Source of the DNA: an uncultured Dictyoglomota bacterium
GTDB lineage: Bacteria > Dictyoglomota > Dictyoglomia > Dictyoglomales > Dictyoglomaceae
Length of the DNA stretch: 64,000 nucleotides
Direction of reading: 5' to 3'
Assembly (NCBI GenBank): GCA_964654465.1
Contig: CAZZIO010000065.1
Location: 96,001 to 160,000 of the forward strand
Every line of letters starts with the position of its first letter. Positions within the stretch are counted from its first letter, which is position 1. Positions 26,886 to 38,347 of the stretch are shown piece by piece. Under the pieces are notes generated by a model. That model was not told where the DNA came from. It saw only the letters and a list, made by a program, of their open reading frames with translations, and did not search any database. A program made the translations under genes and the position numbers.

Positions 26886-29027
26886 CTTCGCCAATATTTC
26901 TTCGGGTATAAGATCAGATACTTTTATTTCAGCAAGAGCCATAACTTCATCTGCACTACCATAATATATCAAAAGTTCATCGTCTAATTCTAAAATTTCA
27001 TTGGAATCTTTGCTCTTTGGTACAACACCACAGGTAAATACCACATTAGGGACCCAACCAGTAGTTTCATATAGTTCTTCAGGTTGAAGAATAGGCTCTG
27101 ATGATCTATATAAAATTTTTTCTGGATCTTCAAGAGATGTTAGTACAACTCCCAAACCATAGGCTCTTCTTCCCATCCAATTACCAACCCCATGATAAAT
27201 ATGAATCCACCCAAAACGTGTCTTTAGAGGTGGGGCTCCTGCCCCAATCTTTATACTATCCCAAGTATTAGGAGAAGGCATCAAAAAGGTTTTACCAACT
27301 TTTATACTTTTAGCTTTAAGCTCATCTGTATAAAGTATCTGCATATCAGGAGGTATTCTATGAATAAGAGCTACTTTCTTATCCAAAAGTTCTGGGAAAA
27401 TTGTTACAAAATCATCCTCTTCTCTTTTACCATTTGAAAATTCCCTATTTCTTTCATTTACAACATAAAGTACTGCATCTTTATCTTCTAAGTACTTAAA
27501 TATCGGGCCATTTCTCACCCAAGCATTATTCCATTCTTCAAAACTTTTAAATTTCTTTACCCCATCCAAAAAAGTATTTAAAGGTATCTTTGCCATAGCA
27601 AGCTGTACCACATCTCCATAAGCTGTATAGGTCATATATAACCAATCATCAATGAGAGTAATTCTTGGATCTTCAGTACCTCCTACCTCTCTAATCATTC
27701 CAAATGTTCTCTTCTGCCATTTTCTACGCTGTTCTGGCTTCTTTGGCATTTCATATTCTTCCTTAGGACCAAATATAGGATAGTCAAGTCTTCCTTCTTC
27801 TTTATAACCATCCTTTGACCACCACAATCCAATGCGAGAAACCCCATCTTCTCCCAAAGCTCTATAAAGCACATAAATAGTTCCATTAATTCTAATAGCT
27901 CCAGCATTATAAACTAACCTTTCCCATTTTATCTTCTTTCTGTTTATGTTTAAGTAAACATTTGGTCTTGCTCTAAATAATGGATTATTCTGAAATCTAA
28001 TAGCCTTTTTAGATGCTCTATATTGGGGTGGTTCTAATAGTTCTCTAAAGATAAATAAAAATTGACTACCAACAAGTTCAGGAGAATGAGCATAGGCAAA
28101 TGCTCTTGATGTACCGAGAATTATATCTCTTAGGTTTTTATTTTCAAATAATAGTTTTATTTTGTAAAAAAGATCATCTTTATTTTTAAACCTCAAAACA
28201 CCTGTATAAAGCTCGGTTTTTGATATTCCCTTTATTTCTGTCCTTTCTTTACCATCAAATTTTATGGCTTCATTGTATAAAAAATTATTAAATATCTTAT
28301 ATTTTATAACGAGAGGTGTCCCCCAACCTATAAGTTTATAAACCTCAAAAGGTTCCACTTCATCTCCTCCATCCATAATAACCATTTCGGAAGCTCCCAC
28401 GATTTGCAAATCATCATCCCATATTCCACCTAATATAACAGAATCCACATTAAGCTTATTTTTAGCAACAAATTTTTCAACCTTCAACTTCCTTTCATAA
28501 GTAGAAACTAAAACAACAATATAAAGATTTAATAAACTTTTTACATAAGAAAGATAAAATAGGACATTCTCAAAAGAATAATCGCCCATTACAAGAATTA
28601 TCCTTTTATCTTGAGGAAATCCCAACTTTTCTCTTGAGATCTCCAAATTCTTTTTAAAAACAGGATAAGAAGGAAATTTTACCAAATATATATTTTTAGG
28701 CAAATATTCTTCCCAAAAAAAGGAAATAATTCCATCCCACTTATGTCTCCATATAGGATGATCAGAATTTTTAATTGTTTTAGGATAATTTAAAAAAAGA
28801 GTTTTTCCTTTAACATTTCTAATCTCTTCTAATAACATTCGCCATGGAATATGATCCTTAGGACTATCAACAATTAGATATATCTTAGAATTTATATCCC
28901 TAATTTTATAGTTATATTCAATTTCTACATTAAATCCTTCTTCTTTCCAATAATCAACTACTGGAGTTAAAAAATCATGAAACCCTAATAATGTTATTTT
29001 ATCTCCCTTTCTTAATCCTGCCATCAT
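26874..29027 (-). CDS. Fusion: degenerate GT-B-like N-terminal region plus GH130 beta-mannoside phosphorylase domain
   Basis: C-terminal VYNAGA, EDPR, KDA, IHR, IYHGV, VPNVVF, YYGSAD; N-terminal ~335 aa with a REKLG..DKRIILVMG...GTPLV GT4-like pattern. Confidence 0.75.
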   Translation of the reverse strand: MMAGLRKGDKITLLGFHDFLTPVVDYWKEEGFNVEIEYNYKIRDINSKIYLIVDSPKDHIPWRMLLEEIRNVKGKTLFLNYPKTIKNSDHPIWRHKWDGIISFFWEEYLPKNIYLVKFPSYPVFKKNLEISREKLGFPQDKRIILVMGDYSFENVLFYLSYVKSLLNLYIVVLVSTYERKLKVEKFVAKNKLNVDSVILGGIWDDDLQIVGASEMVIMDGGDEVEPFEVYKLIGWGTPLVIKYKIFNNFLYNEAIKFDGKERTEIKGISKTELYTGVLRFKNKDDLFYKIKLLFENKNLRDIILGTSRAFAYAHSPELVGSQFLFIFRELLEPPQYRASKKAIRFQNNPLFRARPNVYLNINRKKIKWERLVYNAGAIRINGTIYVLYRALGEDGVSRIGLWWSKDGYKEEGRLDYPIFGPKEEYEMPKKPEQRRKWQKRTFGMIREVGGTEDPRITLIDDWLYMTYTAYGDVVQLAMAKIPLNTFLDGVKKFKSFEEWNNAWVRNGPIFKYLEDKDAVLYVVNERNREFSNGKREEDDFVTIFPELLDKKVALIHRIPPDMQILYTDELKAKSIKVGKTFLMPSPNTWDSIKIGAGAPPLKTRFGWIHIYHGVGNWMGRRAYGLGVVLTSLEDPEKILYRSSEPILQPEELYETTGWVPNVVFTCGVVPKSKDSNEILELDDELLIYYGSADEVMALAEIKVSDLIPEEILAKLTI

Positions 29028-29145
29028 AATACCTTCAACTCCTCCATCAAGTCTTTCTCTAATTCATTCCAAAGGATTATATTAATAGAATCTATAAAAA
29101 AATCAAGCCAAAAAAGTTACAAAAAAATCATGTATAATATTAAGC

Positions 29146-30237
29146 ATGTGGTTAGAAATTATTTACAAAAGATTAATAAAAATCCTTCTTTTTTTATTTG
29201 TCATTGTTTACTTTACCCTTTCCAATACCTACGAAGAGGAATTTAAAAATCTATCCTTAGCTTTTGCAGGGGATCTTTTTCTCCAAAAACATTTATCAAA
29301 TTCTTATTATGATCCATCAAGCAAGAAATATTATTTTCCTCCTGATATATTTGAAGAAATAGAGGAATATATTAGAAAAGATTTTTCTTCCATTGTGATT
29401 GATACTCCTATTGCCTCAAATATATTTCAAGTATCAGGTTACCCCCTATTTAACGCTCCAGTAGAAATTTTAGATCTTCTTAAAAAAAGTGGATTTAATA
29501 TTATGATTCTGTCAACAAATCACATATTTGATAAGGGTGAAATAGGACTAACAGCTACAATAGAGAATATAAAAAAGAGAGGATTATATTATGTGGGTGC
29601 ATATACCTCAGAAGAGGACAGTAAAAATTTCCTTGTTTTATCTAAAAACGGCATAAAAGTAGGAATTCTTGCATATACATTTAGCATCAACGGTTTTAGT
29701 TTACCTAAAAACAAAGAATATATGGTTAATCTCATAAATGAGGACAAAATCAAAGAAGATATAAGAAAGATAAAGAATTTAGTTGACTTTACAATCATTT
29801 ATCTACATTGGGGATACATAGAATACTCTGAAAAACTTGAATCCTATCAAAAATCGCTTGCTAAAAAAATAATATCATGGGGTGGAGACTTGATAGTAGG
29901 AAGTCACCCCCATTCAGTAAGACCTTACGAGAAGATAAATGGAAAATGGTGTTTTTATTCATTGGGGAATTTTTTCACAGACCAATATGGACTAAATATA
30001 CCTCAAGTAAAATTTGGATTAATATTAAATATAACATTGAACAAGTATAAAAATAAAACCTTTATCATTAGAAAAGAGATAATACCTATATTCATTTCAA
30101 AGACCACAAAGGATAAAAATAATCCTCATAGATATAAGGTTATAAAAGCAGAGAAAATAACTAATTTGACATATGTAGAATCTGATTCTAAAATATACCT
30201 AAAAAAAGTCCTTAATTATATATCGAAAGGGGAATAA
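29146..30237 (+). CDS. CapA/PGA_cap family metallophosphoesterase-like protein
   Basis: FAGD, TNHIFD, LHWG, GSHPH, YSLGNF; N-terminal TM segment. Confidence 0.85.
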   Translation: MWLEIIYKRLIKILLFLFVIVYFTLSNTYEEEFKNLSLAFAGDLFLQKHLSNSYYDPSSKKYYFPPDIFEEIEEYIRKDFSSIVIDTPIASNIFQVSGYPLFNAPVEILDLLKKSGFNIMILSTNHIFDKGEIGLTATIENIKKRGLYYVGAYTSEEDSKNFLVLSKNGIKVGILAYTFSINGFSLPKNKEYMVNLINEDKIKEDIRKIKNLVDFTIIYLHWGYIEYSEKLESYQKSLAKKIISWGGDLIVGSHPHSVRPYEKINGKWCFYSLGNFFTDQYGLNIPQVKFGLILNITLNKYKNKTFIIRKEIIPIFISKTTKDKNNPHRYKVIKAEKITNLTYVESDSKIYLKKVLNYISKGE

Positions 30238-30241
30238 ATTT

Positions 30242-30700
30242 ATGAGAGAAAAAGCTATGGCTATCCTTTTAATATTTATAGGTCTCCTTTTGCTCCTAAG
30301 TAATTTTGGGATTCTTTCAGGAAATCTCTTCCTTTTAATTATTAGTGCCATATTTTTGTTTTCATATTATAGATTTAACAGAAATATAGGATTTCTCATT
30401 CCAGGATGTATCTTATTAAGTATAGCTTTATTTAATATTTTACAATCCCTATACACTATCAACCCTGTATATATCATTTCATTTATAGGATTTGGATTTC
30501 TAATGATTTTCTTTATTCATTCATCTAAAAAAGAGTACTCCTATGCAGAAAAGTACTGGTCTATATATCCAGGAATCATCCTTATCTCTTTTGGTATCAT
30601 ACTAGGCTTAATATCAAAATCTCCAGAATATATAAGATATTTATTCCCCATACTTCTTATAATTATTGGAGCTTTACTACTTTTTCGTTCTATAAAATAA
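30242..30700 (+). CDS. Small polytopic membrane protein (DUF5668/LiaI-like)
   Basis: About six hydrophobic helices; LIFIGLLLLLSN and FPILLIIIG motifs. Confidence 0.6.
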   Translation: MREKAMAILLIFIGLLLLLSNFGILSGNLFLLIISAIFLFSYYRFNRNIGFLIPGCILLSIALFNILQSLYTINPVYIISFIGFGFLMIFFIHSSKKEYSYAEKYWSIYPGIILISFGIILGLISKSPEYIRYLFPILLIIIGALLLFRSIK

Positions 30701-30705
30701 TCAGT

Positions 30706-31332
30706 TTATCCTAATATTACATATTTCAAAAAGTAGACACTAAAGAAAATAAGAGAAAAAGATGCTAAATACAATATAATCTTGTATAATTTATTCCAAA
30801 GAGGAAGGGCTAAACCTTGTCCTACAAAGCCAATAAAAATATACCATACAAAATCAGAAAAGATATGGCCCACATAAAAACTTAAAATTCCCAACATAAA
30901 AAAACTCCTTGCTTGTCCGAGAAAAGTTACCCCTACTGTAACCCACCATATCAGCCAATAAGGATTTGATAAAGAAACAAGAGCTCCGGCTAAAGGAAGG
31001 GGAATTTTTATAGGATCAGAATTCTTTAGCTCTAAACTACTTTTTTTAATAAGTGATATAAATAGAGATATACCCATATAACTCAAAAATATACTTCCTA
31101 AAAAAGTAAAAATTTTTAAAAAAGTCGGATCTTGAAGAAAAGGTTGTAAACCTAAGAGCAGAAGTATAATAAGAACAGCTTCCAACATAGCATGCCCAAA
31201 AACTATTTTGATAGAGTCCTTCCAACCTTTAAGGCTACACTGTGTAATTACCATTGTCATCATAGGACCAGGAGCTGACGCCCCTGAAAATCCTACTACA
31301 AAACTAGTGATGAATAAATTAAATACAACCAT
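30706..31332 (-). CDS. LysE-family translocator
   Basis: [21 protein letters not shown]. Confidence 0.88.
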   Translation of the reverse strand: MVVFNLFITSFVVGFSGASAPGPMMTMVITQCSLKGWKDSIKIVFGHAMLEAVLIILLLLGLQPFLQDPTFLKIFTFLGSIFLSYMGISLFISLIKKSSLELKNSDPIKIPLPLAGALVSLSNPYWLIWWVTVGVTFLGQARSFFMLGILSFYVGHIFSDFVWYIFIGFVGQGLALPLWNKLYKIILYLASFSLIFFSVYFLKYVILG

Positions 31333-31741
31333 TCTTCACACTCCATTCTATATTTAATCTTCTAAAATACTTCTTCATATTATCTAAAAAATTCTCTTCC
31401 ACTTTTATAAGATGAGAATCACATTTACAGTCTGATGATCCAAAGCGAGGAACTTTCTCTCCATCTATCAAAGATGCAATCTTACATTCCCATTCTTTAC
31501 AAAGATGATCATTATATAAGGCTTCTCTTACTCTAACAAAAGGAGATTCCAATAGATAGTCAATATGCCAATATAATTTTTTATTTTTACTAAGATGCCT
31601 TTTTATTCTTTTCTCCATACTATTTTGTGCTGATCCTACATAGATATAAAGGCCCCTATTAAATTTTATAACTCCAAGTCGCCCTACCCTACACTCTATA
31701 TCTTTTTCTACCTCAACAACCAAAAGATATATTCCTTTCAT
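31319..31741 (-). CDS. DUF123 / GIY-YIG (Uri superfamily) nuclease
   Basis: [31 protein letters not shown]. Confidence 0.85.
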   Translation of the reverse strand: MKGIYLLVVEVEKDIECRVGRLGVIKFNRGLYIYVGSAQNSMEKRIKRHLSKNKKLYWHIDYLLESPFVRVREALYNDHLCKEWECKIASLIDGEKVPRFGSSDCKCDSHLIKVEENFLDNMKKYFRRLNIEWSVKNGCI

Positions 31742-31743
31742 AA

Positions 31744-33372
31744 TTAAATTCTAATAACCTTATAAGAATTTGGTTCCAATCTGATTTTCATTTCTTTATC
31801 CTTATTTACTAATGTTACCTCAGTTCTATAGGATAAAAAGGACTCTAAAATACAATAACCATTATCATACAAAAACATTCCTATTTTTTCATCTCCTTTG
31901 AAATAAATACCTAATTTATTCAAAAATATTTTTCTTATTTCATTAAGTACCTCTATGGGTAACAGATAAATATCTGAATAATTATCGGGAATATTTAAAA
32001 CATAGATCCTTCCCTTTCCATAAAAATCTCTGAGAAGAATAGGAAAATTATTTTCTCCATTAATTCCTACAATTATTGGCCAAGAAGAATTAGTGTGATA
32101 CTCAATAATCGGGAAAATAATTTCCTTACGAGAATATACATATTTACTAAAACCAGTCATAGCAGGATCTATAGCAAATAAACTTAATAATACTTTTTTA
32201 TCTGTATATTTTATTGATGTAAAATCCTCCATATTTCTACCCAATCTTCTCAAAAAACCAGATGTAATGATCACATCTCCACCACTAAGAAGAAAACTTT
32301 TTATTTTATTTAAAATTTCCTTATCTTCAGCAGAATTTTCAGGTAAAAATAAAATATTTGCATCATTTGGAAAATAAGGTGTAGGATCAAAGGGTATCCC
32401 AATCATTCCTAAATAAGAAGAGAGATGATTTTCACCATCAGAATGAAATGGATGATAAACCTTAACACCAATTGGGTTTCCTAACTCTGAAAGATATTCA
32501 TCCAATTTCTCAAGCTCTAAGGAAAGGGAAGGAATAAAAGTTGATCTCCTTAAAGAACTAAAATCAAAAAGAGTAATTTCTTTAGCTTTAGAGAAAAGAG
32601 TAAGATGCGCTTGTTCTATATACTGATTTAAGTTACATTCAAAAGAATCAAACCATCCTCCTTTATTTTTCCCAGGCTTCACATTTTCGAACCATCTCAT
32701 TAAATAATAACTTAAGTAACGAGGAAGATGTTGTTGTGTATATTTAGGATCTCTTGTCTCTGTCCCGGTATATAACTCATCAAAAATATCTTTTTGAGAT
32801 TCAGGATTATAACCATTTTGATGATATGAATCTATCCAATTAGGATATTTTATAATCATATTAACCCTTGGATTTACTTTCTTAGCTGGTCCTACCACAT
32901 AATTTTGAGATATCTCCGCCATTAAGTTAAGTCTATATTCTTTCCATGATAATTTTCCTTTTCTTTCTATACATTCAGGACAAGAACAACTTGTAAAATA
33001 AAAATCATCAAGAATAACCTCATCAAAAATTGAAGCAGTATACTCTACAATTTCTCTTAACCTATTTTTCAATATTTCGTTGGAATAACAAAATGTATGA
33101 AAAATTCTCAAATCATGAACCAGATCACCAGGAAGATCTATCGTAGTTGTGATTCCTCCCGATGTTTTAATTCCCTTTTTATCAAAAAACTCTTTTATTT
33201 CAAGAATTTTCTCCATAGGAACATCATCCTTTCCTCTATGAGTTTCCAGATATACTTTATTTATTTTTAAGTATCTTTCAAAAAAAGCAAAATCTTCCTC
33301 CAATTCTCTTAAAGAAACTTTATTTAAAAATGGGGCAGTACAATATATGGCCAGAGAAAAATTCTTATACAT
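31744..33372 (-). CDS. Conserved hypothetical soluble protein, possibly glycoside-hydrolase-like
   Basis: 542 aa, no TM or signal; [15 protein letters not shown] motif; GGAGG RBS. Function is inference. Confidence 0.55.
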   Translation of the reverse strand: MYKNFSLAIYCTAPFLNKVSLRELEEDFAFFERYLKINKVYLETHRGKDDVPMEKILEIKEFFDKKGIKTSGGITTTIDLPGDLVHDLRIFHTFCYSNEILKNRLREIVEYTASIFDEVILDDFYFTSCSCPECIERKGKLSWKEYRLNLMAEISQNYVVGPAKKVNPRVNMIIKYPNWIDSYHQNGYNPESQKDIFDELYTGTETRDPKYTQQHLPRYLSYYLMRWFENVKPGKNKGGWFDSFECNLNQYIEQAHLTLFSKAKEITLFDFSSLRRSTFIPSLSLELEKLDEYLSELGNPIGVKVYHPFHSDGENHLSSYLGMIGIPFDPTPYFPNDANILFLPENSAEDKEILNKIKSFLLSGGDVIITSGFLRRLGRNMEDFTSIKYTDKKVLLSLFAIDPAMTGFSKYVYSRKEIIFPIIEYHTNSSWPIIVGINGENNFPILLRDFYGKGRIYVLNIPDNYSDIYLLPIEVLNEIRKIFLNKLGIYFKGDEKIGMFLYDNGYCILESFLSYRTEVTLVNKDKEMKIRLEPNSYKVIRI

Positions 33373-33509
33373 ACTTAACCTCCCACAAATTCATAAATAA
33401 AATTTAAAATTTATTATTTCGTTATTATATTATTGAAAATAATTACCCACAATATATAATAGTGAATAAAATTTATATAGATAACTTACTTTCACTGAGG
33501 AGGAAAAAA

Positions 33510-34688
33510 ATGGATTTAAAAAAAGTAAAAAATGAGGTAAAGAAACACCTTACAGAGAAAATTATACCTTTTTGGACAAAACTCATGGATAAAGAAAATG
33601 GAGGATACATAGGATATGTTTCTTTTGATTTAAAGAAAGACCCTTACGCTCACAAAAGCTTAGTTTTAACTACAAGAATATTATGGTTTTTTTCTGCTGT
33701 ATACAATCTTACAAAAGAAGAAGATATTATTCCTTATATGAATCACGCTTACAACTTCTTAATACAAAAGTTTTGGGACCATAAAAACAAAGGTTTTTAT
33801 TGGATGGTAGACTACAAAGGAGATCCTGTTGACAAAAGAAAACATATATATGGGCAAGCTTTTAGCATCTACGCATTATCAGAATTTTATAAATCCACAA
33901 AAAAGGATGAAGCTCTTAATATTGCATTGGAAACTTATAACCTCATAGAGGAAAAGTGTAAAGATGAATATGCTTATATAGAAGAGTTTGATGAATATTG
34001 GAATCCAAAGGAAAATAAAGCTATCAGTGAATATGGAGTAATAGCTGAAAAAAGCATGAATTCCCTACTTCATATATTGGAAGCTTATACTAATCTTTAT
34101 ACAACATGGCCTAATGAGAATCTTAAGAAAAATATAGAAAATCTTGTAATAATTTATAAAGATAAGATTATTAACCCAGAGACAAAACATTTAGGTGTTT
34201 TTTTTGATAGAAAATTGATTCCTATAATTGATGCCATTTCATACGGACATGATATTGAAGCAACCTGGTTATTAGATGAAGCTTTAAAATATATTGATGA
34301 TACTAACCTTAAAGAAGAGATTAGTAGAATAACCTTAGAGATTGCTGAAAAAGTGTTAGAAGAAGCCTTTGAAAATGGTAGTTTAATTAATGAGAAAGTA
34401 AGAAATATCTTAGATAAAAGTAGAATTTGGTGGGTTGAAGCAGAAGCCTTAGTTGGTTTTTTAAATGCATATCAAAAATCAAGGGAAGAAAAATTTTTAA
34501 ATGCAGTAATAGTACTTTGGGAATTTATTAAAAATTATATGGTAGATCAAAGAACAGAAAGTGAATGGTTCTGGAAGCTTGATGAAAATTATATTCCAGC
34601 TCCTATGCCTATAGCAGAACCCTGGAAATGTCCTTATCATAATGGAAGAATGTGTATAGAAGTAATAAAAAGAATAGATGGAGACTAA
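33510..34688 (+). CDS. Cellobiose 2-epimerase (AGE family)
   Basis: RILWFFS, YGQAF, SMNSLLHILEA, SYGHDIE, WWVEAE, WKCPYHNGR; ATG 33510 after GAGGAGG. Confidence 0.92.
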   Translation: MDLKKVKNEVKKHLTEKIIPFWTKLMDKENGGYIGYVSFDLKKDPYAHKSLVLTTRILWFFSAVYNLTKEEDIIPYMNHAYNFLIQKFWDHKNKGFYWMVDYKGDPVDKRKHIYGQAFSIYALSEFYKSTKKDEALNIALETYNLIEEKCKDEYAYIEEFDEYWNPKENKAISEYGVIAEKSMNSLLHILEAYTNLYTTWPNENLKKNIENLVIIYKDKIINPETKHLGVFFDRKLIPIIDAISYGHDIEATWLLDEALKYIDDTNLKEEISRITLEIAEKVLEEAFENGSLINEKVRNILDKSRIWWVEAEALVGFLNAYQKSREEKFLNAVIVLWEFIKNYMVDQRTESEWFWKLDENYIPAPMPIAEPWKCPYHNGRMCIEVIKRIDGD

Positions 34689-35919
34689 TCTTTTTAGAGC
34701 ATTAAAGAGCAGAAATTACAAGTTATATTTTACTGGTCAAGCAATCTCTCTTATTGGCACATGGATCCAATCTACAGCCTTGAGTTGGTTAGTTTATAGA
34801 TTAACAAATTCATCAGTTTTATTAGGCACTATTGCTTTTTTATCCCAAATACCTAATACCTTTTTATCACCGATTATAGGTGTATTTTTAGATAGATTTA
34901 GTAAACATAGAATTCTCATAATAACCCAATTTTTACTTATGTTACAAGCTCTTATTTTATCTATTCTCACTCTTACAAATCAAATTCAAATTTGGCATAT
35001 TCTTCTATTAAGCCTTATTTTAGGTATTTTTAATTCTATTGATGCTCCTACAAGGCAATCCTTCGTTATGGAGATGGTGGAAAGAGAAGAGGATCTAAGT
35101 AATGCTATTGCATTAAACTCCTTTTTATTTAATAGTGCTCGCTTAATAGGGCCAAGCATTGGAGGTTTTCTTATTTCATTTCTTGGGGAAGGAATATGCT
35201 TTACGATAAATGCAATTAGTTATTTAGCAGTTGTTATTGCTCTACTTTTCATGAGAGTAAAACCAATAACCTCAACAAGAACTTCCCATCTCGTTTCTGA
35301 ACTAAAAGAGGGATTTTACTATGTCTTTAAAACATTAGTAGTAAGACACATTTTAATATTTATTGCATTATCAAGTTTACTTTCAGCAGTCTATAGTGTA
35401 TTATTACCTATCTTTGCAAAAGATATACTGCATGGAGGCCCTGAAACTCTTGGAATACTAACTAGCTCAATAGGTGCAGGAGCGCTTTTTGGCGCTATAT
35501 TCCTTGCAGGAAGGCAAAAAATAAAGGGTATTGAAAAAATTATAGCCCAATCTTTTAGTACAGCAGGTTTAGGCCTTTTAGCTTTTTCCTTATCAAGAAA
35601 TTTATATTTATCCCTTTTATCATTATTCATAACTGGATTAAGTTTTATGCTTATTAGTGTTTGTAGTAATACATTAATCCAATCTATTATTGATAACCAC
35701 ATAAGAGGGAGAGTTATGAGTATCTATGTAATGTTCTTCATGGGAGCTATGCCTATCGGTAGTTATTTAGGAGGATACCTATCCAAGTTCGTAGGCCCAG
35801 TGTACACAATCCATTTAAGTAGTGTCTTATGTTTCGCATCTTGCATCTTGTATACTCATCGTCTCATCTCATTGAGATCCTATATTTATGAAATATTAGA
35901 AAAGAAACACCTAAATTAA
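34678..35919 (+). CDS. MFS transporter (MFS_3 type)
   Basis: About 12 TM; GQAISLIGTW, DAPTRQSF, NAIALNS, RGRVMS. Confidence 0.88.
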   Translation: METNLFRALKSRNYKLYFTGQAISLIGTWIQSTALSWLVYRLTNSSVLLGTIAFLSQIPNTFLSPIIGVFLDRFSKHRILIITQFLLMLQALILSILTLTNQIQIWHILLLSLILGIFNSIDAPTRQSFVMEMVEREEDLSNAIALNSFLFNSARLIGPSIGGFLISFLGEGICFTINAISYLAVVIALLFMRVKPITSTRTSHLVSELKEGFYYVFKTLVVRHILIFIALSSLLSAVYSVLLPIFAKDILHGGPETLGILTSSIGAGALFGAIFLAGRQKIKGIEKIIAQSFSTAGLGLLAFSLSRNLYLSLLSLFITGLSFMLISVCSNTLIQSIIDNHIRGRVMSIYVMFFMGAMPIGSYLGGYLSKFVGPVYTIHLSSVLCFASCILYTHRLISLRSYIYEILEKKHLN

Positions 35920-38225
35920 GTGATTAAAAACTCTCCTTCTTTAAGTTCAAAACTAAACTCTTTTTTAAAAGTTTTAACAATAATCTTCTTTATAGAACTC
36001 TCATATCCCTTCTTTAAAAATTTTATACCTAAATATTGATTACCATCTTTCATAAATGTATAAAATTCAATCAAATTGAACTCTCCCTTTTCATAATTCC
36101 ATGAGACTCCATCATCTTCATAATACAAAAACTTTCCTTCTCCTTGAGTAATTTTTAAATAAAGATTTTCTTGTTTCTTTTCTCCCACATAATTTTGCAC
36201 ATTCCACATAGGAATAATACTTCCCTCTTTTAAGAATAAAGGAATCCTATTTAAAGGAGCAAAAACTTTTATAATACTTCCCCCTCTATACCTTTTTCCA
36301 GTATAAAAATCAAACCAAAAACCCTTAGGAAGATATACCTCTCTTTCTCTTTTGCCCCTTAGGTATACTGGAGCTACAAGGATAAATGGACCAAACATAA
36401 ATTCATCCTCATGAGATAAAACTTCTTCATCTTGGAATTCTAAAATAAAACTCCTAATTAATGGAATACCCTTTTCCTTTGCCTCATAAAACAAAGAATA
36501 AATATAGGGAATCAATTGGTACCTAAGATTAATATATTCTTTAGTAATTTTTTCTATTTCTTCTCCAAAACTCCATGGTTCTTGATCTCTTGTATTCTTA
36601 GCAGTATGTATCCTAAAAAAAGGATAGAAAACACCCAGCTGAATCCATCGTATAAAAAGCTCTTTCTCACAATCTCTCCAAAAACCCCCCACATCTTCAC
36701 CAACAAAAGGAACTCCAGAGATCGATAAATTTTGAAGAGTTACTATACTGGAATAAAGATTCTCCCATGTACTTTTGTTGTCACCACACCACACTGCTGA
36801 ATATTTCTGTATACCTGAAAAGCCAGCTCTACTCAATATAAAAGGTCTTACCTCTTTATTTATCTTTCTAAACCCCTCAAAAGTTGACTTTGTCATCAAA
36901 AGCCCATAAACATTATGTACTTTATTATGTATAAAAATTTCATCATCACCATGTACTACATCTTGAGGTAATGTCTTTTCTTTTATTTGCTTAATTCTTT
37001 CTTCAAAATTTTTAGCCTTAAATGGATCTGGAGGTTCTTTAAAATGAAAAACATGAAACAATAATTTCATCATGTAATAGCCAAATTTAGAAAAATTGGA
37101 GGGTTCATTCATGTCATTCCAAAAACCATATATACCGTTGTCTATAAACCATTTATGTTTTTCGCCCCACCATTTTCTAACCTTCTCCTTGAAAAAATCT
37201 GGGAATACTGTTTTCCCAGGCCATACATACCCTACAAAAATTTCTCCCGTTCTTTTCTTGCAAAAAAGTCCATCCTTTAACCCTTCAATATAAATCTTAT
37301 ACTTTTTATCTACCTTTATCCCAGGATCTATAATAATAACAACCTTAAAGCCTAATTTTTTTAAATCCTCAATCATCTTTTCAAAATTAGGAAACCTTTT
37401 TCTATTAACCGTAAATACCCTATAACCTTCCATATAATCAATATCTAAATATAAAGCATCACATGGAATATTCTTTTTTCTAAACAATTCAGCAATTTTA
37501 TAAACCTTATCCTCTGAATCATAACTCCATCTGGATTGGTGTAAACCTAAAGACCATAAAGGGGGCATATAGCACCTACCTGTAAGATAAGTATAATTCT
37601 CTATAACTTCCTTAGGTGAAGGGCCGAATATAAAATAATAATCTAATTCATCATCTTCGGTAAAAAAATAATAGTAATTTTTACTTTCAAATCCCATATC
37701 AAAATAACTAAAAGCTGTACTATCATAAAAAAGCCCATAACTCAAATCTGAGTATGCAAGAAAAAAGGGATGGGATTGATACAATGGATCTCTCTCAAAT
37801 TCATGATTTGGCTCATCTGTATTCCAGTTTATAATCTTTTTACCCTTTTTATTAAGCGACCCCAACCTTTCTCCAAATCCAAGAAAAGCTTTCTCTCTTC
37901 CCATCTCTTTATATGAATATATACCATTCCCTTTCTTAACATAACCCAAATCCATATAATCAGAGATTATTAAATTACCTTTCCTATCATATATTTGTAT
38001 TTTACTTGGATTTTTATATATCCTAATATCCAAATCTGAAGTTAAAAAATAATGAGCCCTATTGTCCTCCCTATGTTCACAGTCGACTTCTTTAAATTTT
38101 TCCAGGTTAACGCAAAAAGAATAATTCTTCTTCCAAATTCTATCTTTTGAGAAATGAAATCTCACTATTTTGGAGGTTATAAATTCAATCTTGAGAAGTT
38201 CATTATTATATTCAACAATCTCCAT
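35916..38225 (-). CDS. GH31 alpha-glucosidase
   Basis: HQSRWSY, LDIDYM, WNDMNEP (nucleophile), WCGDN (acid/base), DVGGF. Confidence 0.93.
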   Translation of the reverse strand: MEIVEYNNELLKIEFITSKIVRFHFSKDRIWKKNYSFCVNLEKFKEVDCEHREDNRAHYFLTSDLDIRIYKNPSKIQIYDRKGNLIISDYMDLGYVKKGNGIYSYKEMGREKAFLGFGERLGSLNKKGKKIINWNTDEPNHEFERDPLYQSHPFFLAYSDLSYGLFYDSTAFSYFDMGFESKNYYYFFTEDDELDYYFIFGPSPKEVIENYTYLTGRCYMPPLWSLGLHQSRWSYDSEDKVYKIAELFRKKNIPCDALYLDIDYMEGYRVFTVNRKRFPNFEKMIEDLKKLGFKVVIIIDPGIKVDKKYKIYIEGLKDGLFCKKRTGEIFVGYVWPGKTVFPDFFKEKVRKWWGEKHKWFIDNGIYGFWNDMNEPSNFSKFGYYMMKLLFHVFHFKEPPDPFKAKNFEERIKQIKEKTLPQDVVHGDDEIFIHNKVHNVYGLLMTKSTFEGFRKINKEVRPFILSRAGFSGIQKYSAVWCGDNKSTWENLYSSIVTLQNLSISGVPFVGEDVGGFWRDCEKELFIRWIQLGVFYPFFRIHTAKNTRDQEPWSFGEEIEKITKEYINLRYQLIPYIYSLFYEAKEKGIPLIRSFILEFQDEEVLSHEDEFMFGPFILVAPVYLRGKREREVYLPKGFWFDFYTGKRYRGGSIIKVFAPLNRIPLFLKEGSIIPMWNVQNYVGEKKQENLYLKITQGEGKFLYYEDDGVSWNYEKGEFNLIEFYTFMKDGNQYLGIKFLKKGYESSIKKIIVKTFKKEFSFELKEGEFLIT

Positions 38226-38289
38226 ATTCGTTAAATACCCCCTAAGGATATTCTTTGTAGTTTAGTTTAATATATTTTATAAAAAATAA

Positions 38290-38320
38290 AAAGGGGAGAA
38301 AATTATACTTTCTCCCCTTT
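38290..38320 (-). terminator. Intrinsic terminator after the GH94 pair
   Basis: AAAGGGGAGAAA...TTTCTCCCCTTT with a T-rich tail on the minus strand. Confidence 0.8.
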
Positions 38321-38347
38321 CATTCAATAATCTTATTTATTGACCAA

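Noticed and set aside
29146-30237. Poly-gamma-glutamate capsule locus
   Set aside because: No capB/capC nearby; lone CapA-domain genes are common.
31319-31741. GIY-YIG protein as a homing endonuclease or mobile intron
   Set aside because: Short DUF123-type protein, coupled to its neighbours and not interrupting a gene.
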